From Eledone cirrhosa (taxonomy: Eukaryota): a stretch of DNA of 64,000 nucleotides. Shown piece by piece: positions 41,831-53,020 of the stretch. The notes beneath the pieces were generated by a model. The model was not told where the DNA came from and did no database searches. It saw only the letters and a list, made by a program, of their open reading frames with translations. The stretch spans positions 304,048,001-304,112,000 of the forward strand of contig OZ024743.1 in NCBI GenBank assembly GCA_964016885.1, given 5' to 3'. Numbering within the stretch: position 1 is the stretch's first letter; each line of letters starts with the position of its first letter. Position numbers and translations under genes: made by a program.

Positions 41831-42995
41831 TGTGGGGTGGCACTACTGAAAATGATGGTTATAGTCAAATACTATAAAGTTTACATATAAAAAGACTTAT
41901 GTTGGTTGACTTGTACATACACTCACACCTACCCCCACATACACACACACACATCTACACACACAAATCCAAACAGGTGTATATATATATGTATGTACGC
42001 ACAAGTGCATATATATATACAACAGAGGCCCCAAAATCCAAGTATATGGCAGATATAAAAAGAGGTGGGTGTTATTTTTAGAGAAAAGTAAAGTGGCTGT
42101 TTGGAAAAGTTATTGTTTAGACTAGACAAAACTAGAGTCTGATATATATCTTCACAGCAATAGCTTAGGGGCTTTGGAGCTTAGGCGAATCCCTTAGTAC
42201 AGACACATATAGGTACAAGTACCCACCCTCACTTGTATACCTCTGGATGCGTGTGTATGTCTGTATACACTTGTGCACTCATACAAGAGAGCATATACAA
42301 ATAAACTCTTAAGCATACACTCGAACATTTTTCAAATGCAACCTGGGGTATTATTATTTCATTGCGTTAACATAAGTGTGTACATTGACGTAATCCCAGT
42401 ATACACACACGACGCACAGATGCGGGCACGCATTCATGCGTATAGGGTTAGTACCTATGGATAATTGTTCTTCCTGTGTGGGCCACTCCTAGGGGGGGGG
42501 GGCTTCCTCAGGTTCAATAAACGTGGTTTTGCTGACTCCCAACCAGTAGAGGATCCCGTGGACAATCCACTGTAGGGACCACAAACTATGGGTGGGTGTT
42601 GTTGCCCATTTGTCATTGGTACGGGAAATAGGGGACCTACATTGGAGGGGGGAGGTCGTTGTGGGAGGCTATAACCGGGGTTTATCCATATGGCTTGAGG
42701 AAAGTTCCCGCCCTTAGGTGTCTGCAGGCGCCGGATAAGTCGGCCCTTCTGTTTAATAGCTTGGTTCCGCATGAAGTATCTCGAGTGTCTCACTAAGACA
42801 AAGTAGCAAATACCAGACCCACCTCTGTCTGGGGAAACCTTTCTAACCACGGGCCAGACCAGAGAGTGCGGGGTCTTTTCAAGTTTGAGCTTCCAGATCT
42901 ATATATATGTGTGCATGTATGAATAAATATATACATACTACTGTACCTCTGTATACATATATGTATGTACCTATACATACTTGTATATATACATA

Positions 42996-43063
<68 letters not shown>

Positions 43064-43318
43064 AAAGAATAGAGGTGTAACACACAAGTTATTATATATT
43101 GGTAAACGGAATAGAAAATGCTGACAAATTGTTCACAGTTGAAAAATGGTTTAATTAGGAATAAAAGAGTATTAGTGATTGTATGGGTTAGTATTCAGTT
43201 GTGGTTTTAAGTTTTTAAGTTTTTACCGGTTGCGCATTTCTAAATGCTTTTCAAAAATAATTTTGAGATAGAGTGTCCGTGCTGTTTGCTCTGATCTGAT
43301 TAGTTTTGGGAATTCTAC

Positions 43319-43555
43319 CTGTTTTTATGTTAAAAAAGTGGCTCCAGCGTTATTTTTGTGTTGCAAAAATGCTTGTGGTCAAAACAATTTTGATTGGTCG
43401 GTAGAGGTCATGTGAATGTAAAAAGTTGATTTTGCGCCAAGACTGTTTTTATGTTAAAATGTTAGAAAAGTGGCTCCAGCAAAAATTATTGGTCAAAACA
43501 GTTTTGATTGGTCGGTAGAGGTCATGTGGATAAAAAATTGGTTTTGCGCCAAGAT
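43319..43555. repeat. Diverged ~120-bp tandem duplication
   Basis: AAAAGTGGCTCCAGC...TTTTGATTGGTCGGTAGAGGTCATGTG...TTTTGCGCCAAGA occurs twice. Confidence 0.7.
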
Positions 43556-43579
43556 TGAGAAATGACTCTTTCACAACAA

Positions 43580-43623
<44 letters not shown>

Positions 43624-43692
43624 TAGTAGTAGTAAGGTGTTCGATGCTGCGACAATAGCCACCAGCGATGTGTGTCAAATGGCTATTAAGAT

Positions 43693-43734
<42 letters not shown>

Positions 43735-44985
43735 ACATACACACAGCAGAGTCATTCGAAGGTCAAAAGATATTTTTCAGCTTTTGTCTTATACGGAGAA
43801 GTGCGTGTGTGTGTGTGTATGTGTGTATAAGTCTCTTTGTATGTTGATGTACGCGTGTGTATGTGTTTGTGTATATATGTGTGTGTGTGTGTGCGTGTGT
43901 GGGTGGACCAGTATTTTTTTCCCCCTGGTAAAATGGTGTACATTATTCGATTTTTTCAGTAAAATCGGTTCTCTTAATAGAACATCAACAATCTTAACAA
44001 TAAAAGGTGTGAAATGATATTCACTATATATATATATACACACACACACACACATATATATTTTCACTACATATATATATATATATATACATATATACAT
44101 ACATATATATGCACATATATTTTTTTGTATTGCACCATAGAGCATGTGTGTTTACGTGTGTCATTGTGTTTATATGTGGGTAGAGATGTGTGCTGATGTA
44201 GGTATGTATGTTGACGTGTGTATGTTGTGGGTTCGTCTTAGGGAGAAGTGTTTAGACGGGGTCCGTATTTGTTAATGAAGTAAGATTCCTTGCTGATGCG
44301 CTGGGTGTAATAATACTAACGACAAATTCGGTTTGTATTTAATTTCTTGATTTTTTCTTAAATTGAGACAAGCAAACCCAATTGTCTATAGTTAGTATTC
44401 TTTTCACCTTAGCGAATCTGGTCCCTTACGATGTGATCTCATATATGTATATATCAGTGTTCGTTTTTCTTTTATATTTAATTATAATATACGGCTCGGA
44501 AATATCTCTTTCTTGGAGCTATTTTATTGTAAGAGACTAACCCAATATATACCTTTGATATATATATATATATATATTGGAATTTCGTATTTCTAAGGAA
44601 ATACGGTATGTATTTAGAAAGCCGTACCTGTGCAAAAGACACCGGCAGCTATCGCCCCCTGGCGGTGTCCAGCAGAATTTAGGGGCACAATAGTGAAAGC
44701 ATTTCAAACCGAACCGGTAGTTATCAGGAGATCCCTCCCGCTCTTGCAATAGATGGACTTGAAAACAGGCGAGAATACATAGTTTTCTCGTCTGTGTAAA
44801 TGAGGTGATTAATCTCATTTGCATATGAAGCCGCATTAGTTGGCTCAACTTATATTAGAATAGAAATAGGATTTAGCTTCGAGCATAGCTGTATACGGAT
44901 ATGTATTGGAATTTAGTATTTCTAAAGAAACATGGTATGTTTATAAATATATTAACATATACACATTCATACATACATACACACA

Positions 44986-45053
<68 letters not shown>

Positions 45054-45350
45054 TATATATATTTATATATATATATATTCATCTTAATCTTCTATGTTTG
45101 TTCCTTGCTTCTCTGCACCATCTGAAACAGTCATACATTCCTGTCTTGGTGGCGGGTTCCGTTGAACGGGCGTAGGAGCCCATTCCATTCACGCCACTCA
45201 GACACATCCTGCTTTGTGATTCGTGTAGCGCAGTGTTTAAACGATTTGTATTAACTCCTAAATACATAGACAACTTAGATGTAATATGATTTTTGTTTAG
45301 CTTCCTCATAATCCCATGAATTGAACATGTTCATGCTTAATTTTAATATA

Positions 45351-45465
<115 letters not shown>

Positions 45466-46648
45466 ATTCGTCCCAATGTGAATATTTGAAACAATAATCG
45501 ATCTTTCTAAGTACTGAGAAAATCAAGTAAATTAACCAGAAAGAGATGACAGAGGCACCTCCCACCTTTATTACTATCCCTTGGTGCAAACCTTCTTAGA
45601 CATATGTAGGTTTAGCTGGCTTCCTGTGTTGTAAAAATACTGCATATTTTGAAAATCCAAGTGAAAGGTAGTGTTGCGCTCAAGAAAACACCCAGCCACT
45701 TGTCCAGAAATTGAAAGCTTGCCTTTTTAATCAGGATTCCAGTTTTCTAACCACGAGGCTTCATGTCTTCTATTCCGAAGAAAGTGGTCGCTTGCATACC
45801 GACAATTTCGTCCAGTGCTTAGCAATAGTCTTTTGTATTTGGAAAATAATCTATTATATATTGATTGCTCTGCAGGTGTCACAAGTACCATGCTAAGAGA
45901 AAACTGACTGGAATGAAAATAAAGGCTAATGTGACATTTCAAAATACTCTGTTGATTACTTATTATGGAGAATTCTGTATAGCACACCATGGCACATTCT
46001 TGAAAACAGTTTCACCTATTGATTTTCCGAAATTTCTATTCTCAGGTTAAATTCAAAATCTATATAAATAGTTTCCAACTTAGAGTTCAATAGAGAAATA
46101 TCGATGAGGGCAGAAGACATAATCTTAATTGTATCTATAGCAAACATGTCACATATTTTGATATAAGTTGTTGAAATACTTACTCTTAGTTCGTCGTATC
46201 CAATCTTGTGTGAGCGGTACTTGACTTCTGGGGATAGAGCGCATTCTACTTTGGTTCGCCTGTAAAATGTACTGAATGGCCAAGGAACGTTAGTTAACAG
46301 AATATTAGAGTGATATATTAGCCGAAGGAATATATCTCACTTATGATTAACATCGTTAAATTGGATATAATAAGCGGTCTTTGAAAACGCTTTCCTGGTT
46401 ATATCCGTGTTTGTTTTATTTTATTAAATACAAATTTGTTTACGTCGTACGAAAATTATAGGTATAATGCAATCTCGGTTAAATGTTAATAGTATTGTGT
46501 CAAAATATAAGAGACATATATACCTAAGATATATTAATACATGATATTTCCCATTTTGAAGTACATGTTTGTAGCTTCGCATTAGATTGTTCAAAGAATT
46601 TGAAACAAATATGCATCTACTATTGAGTTATACTGCATTAATATAGCT

Positions 46649-46659
46649 AAATAATAATA

Positions 46660-46715
<56 letters not shown>
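46649..46715. repeat. (AAT)n tract: 3' tail/target of Tx1-like copy 1
   Basis: About 22 AAT units directly after the element's AATAAA signal (minus strand). Confidence 0.9.
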
Positions 46716-46717
<2 letters not shown>

Positions 46718-46978
46718 TTTATTTATTAACCACAAGGGTTTACATAAAGTAGACATTAAGGACAGTGCAGGACAATGCAGGACGGTACAAATGGGCATTT
46801 CTGCGTGTAAAAAAAACAAAAACAGAGGATGTAACAAAAATAACAATGAAAATAACAATGAAAAATTCCCCAATAGGGGGGAGACTTCGGAGGGACATTT
46901 GTGGAGAAAGCCCAGTAAAAAGCCACAATGACCCTGACCACCAAGGCAAGTGCCCTCTCCCAGTTTTCCACCTTTAGT

Positions 46979-49900
46979 TTACAGATATATACTCAGAGTC
47001 GGCCCATTCACTCGGGCCATTCTTGCTTCTCTCACCCATCTTTCAACAAAATGCTGGGAAGAGAGCACTTCCTTCTCTACTCTGATTTTCCTTTTCAAAT
47101 GAAATTTGAAAAAGTCAATCAGAGCATCACCGAAGAGGTAAGTGCTCGTCTTCAGCCCTTTCAAACGTGTCCACCATACTATCTCTTTCGCCATGGCCAC
47201 CAGACAGATAAAAACTGCCTGCCCTTCCCGGCTAAAGGAGGAGGGCGGGGAAATCCTCACGATAGACTCAGATGATAGCTGGATCCGTCCTAAACGCGAC
47301 AGCAGGTGTTCGACATAAACCCACAAGTCAGCAATTTTCGGACACTGGACGAGTGCGTGCAGGACGGTTTCGTCGCCCTGCGCGCATCTCGGACATGCCC
47401 GGCTGACGGCACCTCCATGCCTGTAGAGTTTATCCCGAACTGGCAAGGCTCCTCGGTAGCACTGCCAGGCCAGAGATTTCTGGAAGTTGTCCATAGGCCC
47501 TGGCCCGAAAGTTCTTCCGAAGAGATTGGCTAGTTGATTTTCGTCGACGCCTAGAGTTTCCCCAAGTACGTCGTCGCTCTTCCCCTCCACTAATCCTCTA
47601 TAGAACGCCGAGGTGGAGTTTCCACCGATCACATTGCCCGATTGGTCGAGGGCTGTGAGCGCCTGAAGACATTCCAGTCTCCAGGCGCTCCCTCTCGGTC
47701 TTCGCTTGACCCAGGACTGCAGCTCCGTCAAGGAAACGAGCTGGGGAAAAACGCGTCTAGCAAACGGCGACCACACCTGATCACCGTCGAGGAAGAGGTG
47801 GAGATGTCGTAGCCTGAGCGCGTGCCTGCGCATCATCAGCCACGGCATGCCCAGCCCTCCACGTAGCGGGTGTTGACAACAGATGGACCGCCTGACCATC
47901 GGAGCACGTCCCTTCCACAAAAAGCGAAAGAGCAAACGCTCCAGCGCAGTCAGGCGAGGCTTAGGACAAGGTACGACGGTTAGGCGGTAGCAGATGACAG
48001 ACGCGATGTACGCGTTAGCCACCTCCGCTCGACCTTTCAGGGATAGCTTCCTCTCCGCCCATTTCTGGGTGAGAGAAGCCACCCTGCTCGTCACCTCGTC
48101 CCAGTTTTTGTCCGTCTGGAGGTCCGGACCGAACCAGACCCCTAGCAATTTAACCGGTCCGTCCGTCCAGCGCCCGACGACGCTGTTGGACGGCATGGAC
48201 CTGCCTCTCCAGGTGCCGAGCTGCAGGCCCACTGACTTTTCCTGGTTGATCATTGCTCCTGTCACCGCTTCGTATTCTCTTAGTGTAGTGCCGATCGCCT
48301 CGATGTGTTTGGCGTTCGACACCACTACGGTGACATCGTCCGCGTATGCTGATACGGATCTTCCGCATCCTAGTTCGCGCGGGACCCCCCTCAACGTCTC
48401 CAGTTTGTGCAGTAATGGCTCGAGAGTCAATACGTACAAGAGGGACGAGAGGGGACATCCTTGGCGGACCGAGCGCATGATGTTGAACGGTTCCGACAGG
48501 TGACCGTTCACTCTCACCACAGAGCAGATGTCGCTGTGCATGGCAGCGATCCAGCCTCTGAAGACGGGCCCAAAGCCAGCCGCCCTCAGGACTGCCGCTA
48601 GGTAACGATGGTCGACCCTATCGAAAGCTTTCGACTGATCTAAATTGATCAAGGACCCACCCGTGCTAGGTTCCCTAGCTACCCTCTCTACGATGTATCG
48701 CATGAGGTGGAGGTTGTCGTGGATGGATCTGTCGGGAATGGCGCATGTCTGCGCCTCTCCCACCAGACCACCAACGACAAGCGCCAACCTCTTTGCTAGC
48801 ACCTTGGCCAAAATCTTAAACTCTGTGTTTAGCAGAGTTATGGGCCGGAAATTTTCTATGTTATCCCCCTTGTTCGGATCCTTTCTCAGCAGTGCCACCG
48901 CTCCTCGGCTCACAGAACTGGGAATTCTCCCGTTCTGTTGCCAGTTGCAGTAGACGTCCGCCAAGAGGCCTCCAAACAAGTCTGGCATCTGTACGTAAAG
49001 TTCATAGGGCAGACCATCCAAACCAGGCGATTTACCCCTTGTGCAGCCAGACATTGCCTACCTTACTTCAGCGGCTGTTATCGGCTTTTCGCAACACTTC
49101 GCCTCAGTGGCCGAGAGCCGCGGCAGTCCGTCGAGGTAGACACTAAAGTCCATCCCTCTACCCGGCCCACCGCTGCCCCCGAACAGCTGAGCGAAGTGTC
49201 GCTGAAAAGCTTCACACATTTGCCCGGGATCGAGTAGCATGCGCCCGTCGTGGTCCACCAAAGACCGGATCGTGGCTTTGTTGCCACGACGCGCCTCCGC
49301 CACTCGGGCCCATTGAACGGCTTTCGTCCCCTCGTGTCTGAGAGCACGCACCCTTGCTCTGACAACGCAGCCTTCGTGCTTTGCATTGAAGAATTGGTCA
49401 AGGGCCAATTTCGCCGCAAGCACGTCGGTCGCAATGCCTTTGCTAAGCGCCTCGTCTAATTTTCTAACTAGTTCTCCCTCTGCTCTATTTTTCTCTATTG
49501 CTAAAGCCTTACTAAATCTAATCGATTCTATTCTAATCGCTCTTTTCAGAGCAAACCACCACTTGTTGTTGACGATGGCCCCCGTCAACGCCCGCTTAAC
49601 TAGTTCGCTAATCCGGTCTCTGTAGGCCTTGCGCGCTGGTAAGGACGCGTTTAGCTTCCAGTAGCCGGGTCCTCGTCTATGAAGCCTATCTAAGTCAAGC
49701 ACACAGATCACGAATTTGTGGTCCGTGTAGCTGACTATCTTGAATTGTGGACAGCCTATGCTAGACCTATCTATTTCCCTACAAAATACTCTATCTAGAT
49801 ATGATCTGGATGACCCTATGCGGTTTGTCCAAGTCCACATTGGCACATTCGGGAAATCCAATCGGTACCTGTCAGACAGTTCAAAACGCCTGAGCAGGTT

Positions 49901-50398
49901 GGTGAGGCTCTTGCACCCTCCACCCCTATCCGCTAATCCCACACAGTCCCAGCGTGCATCTAAGATCCCGTTCCAGTCGCCCACTAACACTAAAGAGCGG
50001 GACGTTCCAAGAAAGGTCTCCAGACGCCGGAAGAAATCAGGCCGCCCTGCTCCTGTCGGGGCATAGACGGCCACTAGCCTGAAAGCTTGCCCGTATCCGC
50101 TGGTCACGTCCAGCACCACCAGCTTACCCTCTGGGTCCAGGAAGATGGCCCGTATGGCGAGATCCAAACCTCTCCGAAAAAGTACAGCAATTCTTCCACC
50201 GGATCCAGGACGGCTGGGAGATGCGTACACATCGTAGCCGCCGAAGATCGGTGCGAAGGCCCGTGCTTCGGAGATTCTGGTCTCGCTGATGGCCACTACA
50301 TCTATGTTTAGTGACCTGAGGTCGTTGAGCAGGTGACCCTGCTTCCATGACGACCCCAAGCCACGCGCATTTATGCTGCCTATTCTGAGTGAGGTCAT
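46979..50398 (-). pseudogene. ORF2 (APE endonuclease + RT + C-terminal zinc finger), 1139 codons interrupted by one in-frame TAG at 49058-49060
   Basis: SINARGL, VAISET, VGDWNGILD, SYLDR, YTDHK; KSPGLDG, FRPITLLN, DQSKAFDRVDH, VRQGCPLS, AYADDV; CPRC..DETVLHALVQC. The TAG is GAG (Glu) in copies 2 and 3. Confidence 0.93.
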
Positions 50399-50433
50399 GT
50401 TTAAAATAGAGTGGAAAAGATGGGAAAGACCAC

Positions 50434-52530
50434 TTACCGTACTTTTGGTAGAGGAGGGATGGTTTTTACATCCCTTTTCACTTGATCGTCTGGTGAAGGG
50501 ACCGTTGAATCGTCCCTTCGGCAGGTCGTCGGCTCTTCTAAGAGAATGTCTGAGTATACTCTTCGATTGATGGTTCCTCCCAGGTCCCTGAAATCACCAA
50601 CTGCGTTGGGGAATTTCGTTTTAATATTTGTGTATTGTTTCTGTGCTATTTTTAGCAGTCTTATGTTAGTTGGCGTTTTGATTGGTGCTGGTATTATGTA
50701 GTCCTGTTGTGAAATGTCTGTGTGTTCAATTATGTAAGTCATTAGTTTCTTGTTGTGTGTATTTATTGCCGTGCATTTGTTTTTCTGGGGGTGGGGTGTG
50801 GTTCTGCTATTTTCTTGTCGTTGTTGCTGGGTGTGTGTGTTTTGTTGTTGTGTTTGCGATGTTGGTGCTTGTGGTGGTGGTGTTGAAGGTGTTGTTGGCG
50901 GTGGGGTTGTCGCCGGTGGTGATGGTGGCGCTAGTGTGGGTGGTGATGGTGTTGGTGTTGTTGCTGCTGTGGGTTTCTTTGCAGTAGACTTTACCCTTTT
51001 CTCATTTCTTTCCTCCCTTTTCAAAGGCGACGATGCGCTGCTTCTGCGTTTGTGCCTTCTTACGACCTTTTGCCATCTCTCTCCCACCTCACACTCCATG
51101 TCTGATTCTGTGAGGTCGGGGAGGGGTACCAACTCCACTCTTTCACTTGTTGTTGTTGGTGATGTTTGCACTGGAGTCTCTGTTGCAGCTGCATTTGGTA
51201 TTGCTGTTGTTGTTGTTAGTATTTCCACTGCTGCTGCTGTTTTTGATTTCCGTGGAGTGGGTATGGGTGCCACGGGCCTATCGTTCCTGGTTGCCACTTG
51301 TCCTGTTGCTGGTAGCCGTGGAGCCGGATTCGGAAGGAGGGGGGTTTTCTTCTTTTCCAGGGTCTTCTCGTTGCAGAAGGCCCTGAGGTGAGTCTTCGAT
51401 CCACAGCGAAAGCATTTCGGGCGTTTGCCCTCAACACTTATGGGCAGTTGAGTGCCGTTATCGAATTCTATCACATCCGGGATAGCTTCGATGAACTCCT
51501 GGTTGGTTTGGATTAGCATCTCAATGGAGGAGCCGACCCAATCTTCTCTTACTTTTTTCTGTACTTGCAGTACAGTTGTTTTGTCCTCGATTCCGACGAG
51601 GACAGACGCGGCCAGCCAAGAAGGGGTCATTCCGGGGGGGACGTGGGTCAGTTTGACCCTCACAATTTTTTGCCCACAGTAGGAGGGCACCAACACCATT
51701 TCCTCGCTCCTTAGGGTCACTACTGATTGGGCCTTTGCCTCCTGGGGTGTGGCAAAAAGTACGTCTACGGTGGCATATTTTTTGCCTCGGGTGATGTGCG
51801 TTTTCCGCTGCCACACAGACCCCAAGGCTTTTTGTATTTGGGCCTCTGTGGCTCTTTCCACCCTACGGGATTTTGTACTTACTGTACGGTACGTGACCGT
51901 ACAGTGCTCTTGGGTTTCGAAAAAATTTTTCGCTGCCTTGCAGATTGCTCGGTGTCCGTTCTTTGTCACCATCTTCTTCGCTTCCTCTAATTCCTCATTT
52001 GTTATGAGGATTGTTTCCAAGTTTTTCGCAATACCTGCAAATGAGATTGGTTTTTCTCTGCTGTTGTTGTTGTCGTCAGAGCTGCTGGTACTTTTGTTGT
52101 TGCTGCAGGTACTACGACTACTGCCTCCGCCGCTGTTGCTGTGGTTGTTGTTGGTGTTGCTGCTGCTAATGCTGTTGTTGTTTATGCTGCTGGTGATGCT
52201 GTTGCGGCTGCTACTGTTGTTTTCATTGTCACTGTTGCTGTTGTTATTACGGCTGCTACTGCTATTATTCCTGACGTCAGACGAATGAACTGGGTTTTCG
52301 TATTTCCCGCACACCTGTTTCGTCGCTGTCGTCGTCGTCGTGGAGAAACCTTGCACGCTTTGCACGAGACTTTTCTTTTCTTTCGTCACTTGCGAAAGAG
52401 AAGGGAGGGAGAGAGACACATTTAAAGAAGGGAGGGAGAGAGACAATCTTCTCTCTGCTGTAGTGATGATTGAGGAAGAAGAAGACGGAATGAGTGGGAG
52501 TGACGTATGAAATTTCTTTTTCGCAGCCAT
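50434..52530 (-). CDS. Retrotransposon ORF1 (gag-like nucleic-acid-binding protein), 698 aa, intact
   Basis: CFRCGSKTHLRAFC (CX2CX4HX4C) knuckle, with N/S-rich and P/T-rich low-complexity segments. Ends 35 bp before the ORF2 ATG. Confidence 0.9.
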   Translation of the reverse strand: MAAKKKFHTSLPLIPSSSSSIITTAERRLSLSLPSLNVSLSLPSLSQVTKEKKSLVQSVQGFSTTTTTATKQVCGKYENPVHSSDVRNNSSSSRNNNSNSDNENNSSSRNSITSSINNNSISSSNTNNNHSNSGGGSSRSTCSNNKSTSSSDDNNNSREKPISFAGIAKNLETILITNEELEEAKKMVTKNGHRAICKAAKNFFETQEHCTVTYRTVSTKSRRVERATEAQIQKALGSVWQRKTHITRGKKYATVDVLFATPQEAKAQSVVTLRSEEMVLVPSYCGQKIVRVKLTHVPPGMTPSWLAASVLVGIEDKTTVLQVQKKVREDWVGSSIEMLIQTNQEFIEAIPDVIEFDNGTQLPISVEGKRPKCFRCGSKTHLRAFCNEKTLEKKKTPLLPNPAPRLPATGQVATRNDRPVAPIPTPRKSKTAAAVEILTTTTAIPNAAATETPVQTSPTTTSERVELVPLPDLTESDMECEVGERWQKVVRRHKRRSSASSPLKREERNEKRVKSTAKKPTAATTPTPSPPTLAPPSPPATTPPPTTPSTPPPQAPTSQTQQQNTHTQQQRQENSRTTPHPQKNKCTAINTHNKKLMTYIIEHTDISQQDYIIPAPIKTPTNIRLLKIAQKQYTNIKTKFPNAVGDFRDLGGTINRRVYSDILLEEPTTCRRDDSTVPSPDDQVKRDVKTIPPLPKVR

Positions 52531-53020
52531 GTTGTTTTTTGTTTAAAATGAATATTGGGTACAAAACCCCAATAACTGGTTATTTAACCCCGAAGGGCCA
52601 AATAACGGACAGAAAGACCCCTCTCACGAGGAGGAGGGTGTCTTTATCTACAAGTTGGTCTAAGTTTTAAACAATTTACAATTGTTAAAGCGTTCAAAAT
52701 TTACAGTACCTTACAGAGCCGAGCCTCCGTCAACCATAGCATTCAATAATAATAATAATAATAATAATAATGATTTCTTTATTAACCACAAGGGTTTACA
52801 TAAAGTAGACATTAAGGACAGTGCAGGACAATGCAGGACGGTACAAATGGGCATTTCTGCGTGTAAAAAACAAAAACAGAGGATGTAACAAAAATAACAA
52901 TGAAAAATTCCCCAATAGGGGGGAGACTTCGGAGGGACATTTGTGGAGAAAGCCCAGTAAAAAGCCACAATAACCCTGACCACCAAGGCAAGTGCCCTCT
53001 CCCAGTTTTCCACCTTTAAT

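Larger units (their letters stand above)
46716..52744 (-). mobile_element. Full-length Tx1/L1-clade non-LTR retrotransposon, copy 1
   Basis: 5'UTR, ORF1 with CCHC knuckle, ORF2 APE-RT-CCHC, 3'UTR with AATAAA and (ATT)n tail. Near-identical to 52772-58784. Confidence 0.95.

Noticed and set aside
49058-49060. Programmed stop-codon readthrough between APE and RT
   Set aside because: Copies 2 and 3 have GAG at this codon, so it is a private nonsense mutation.
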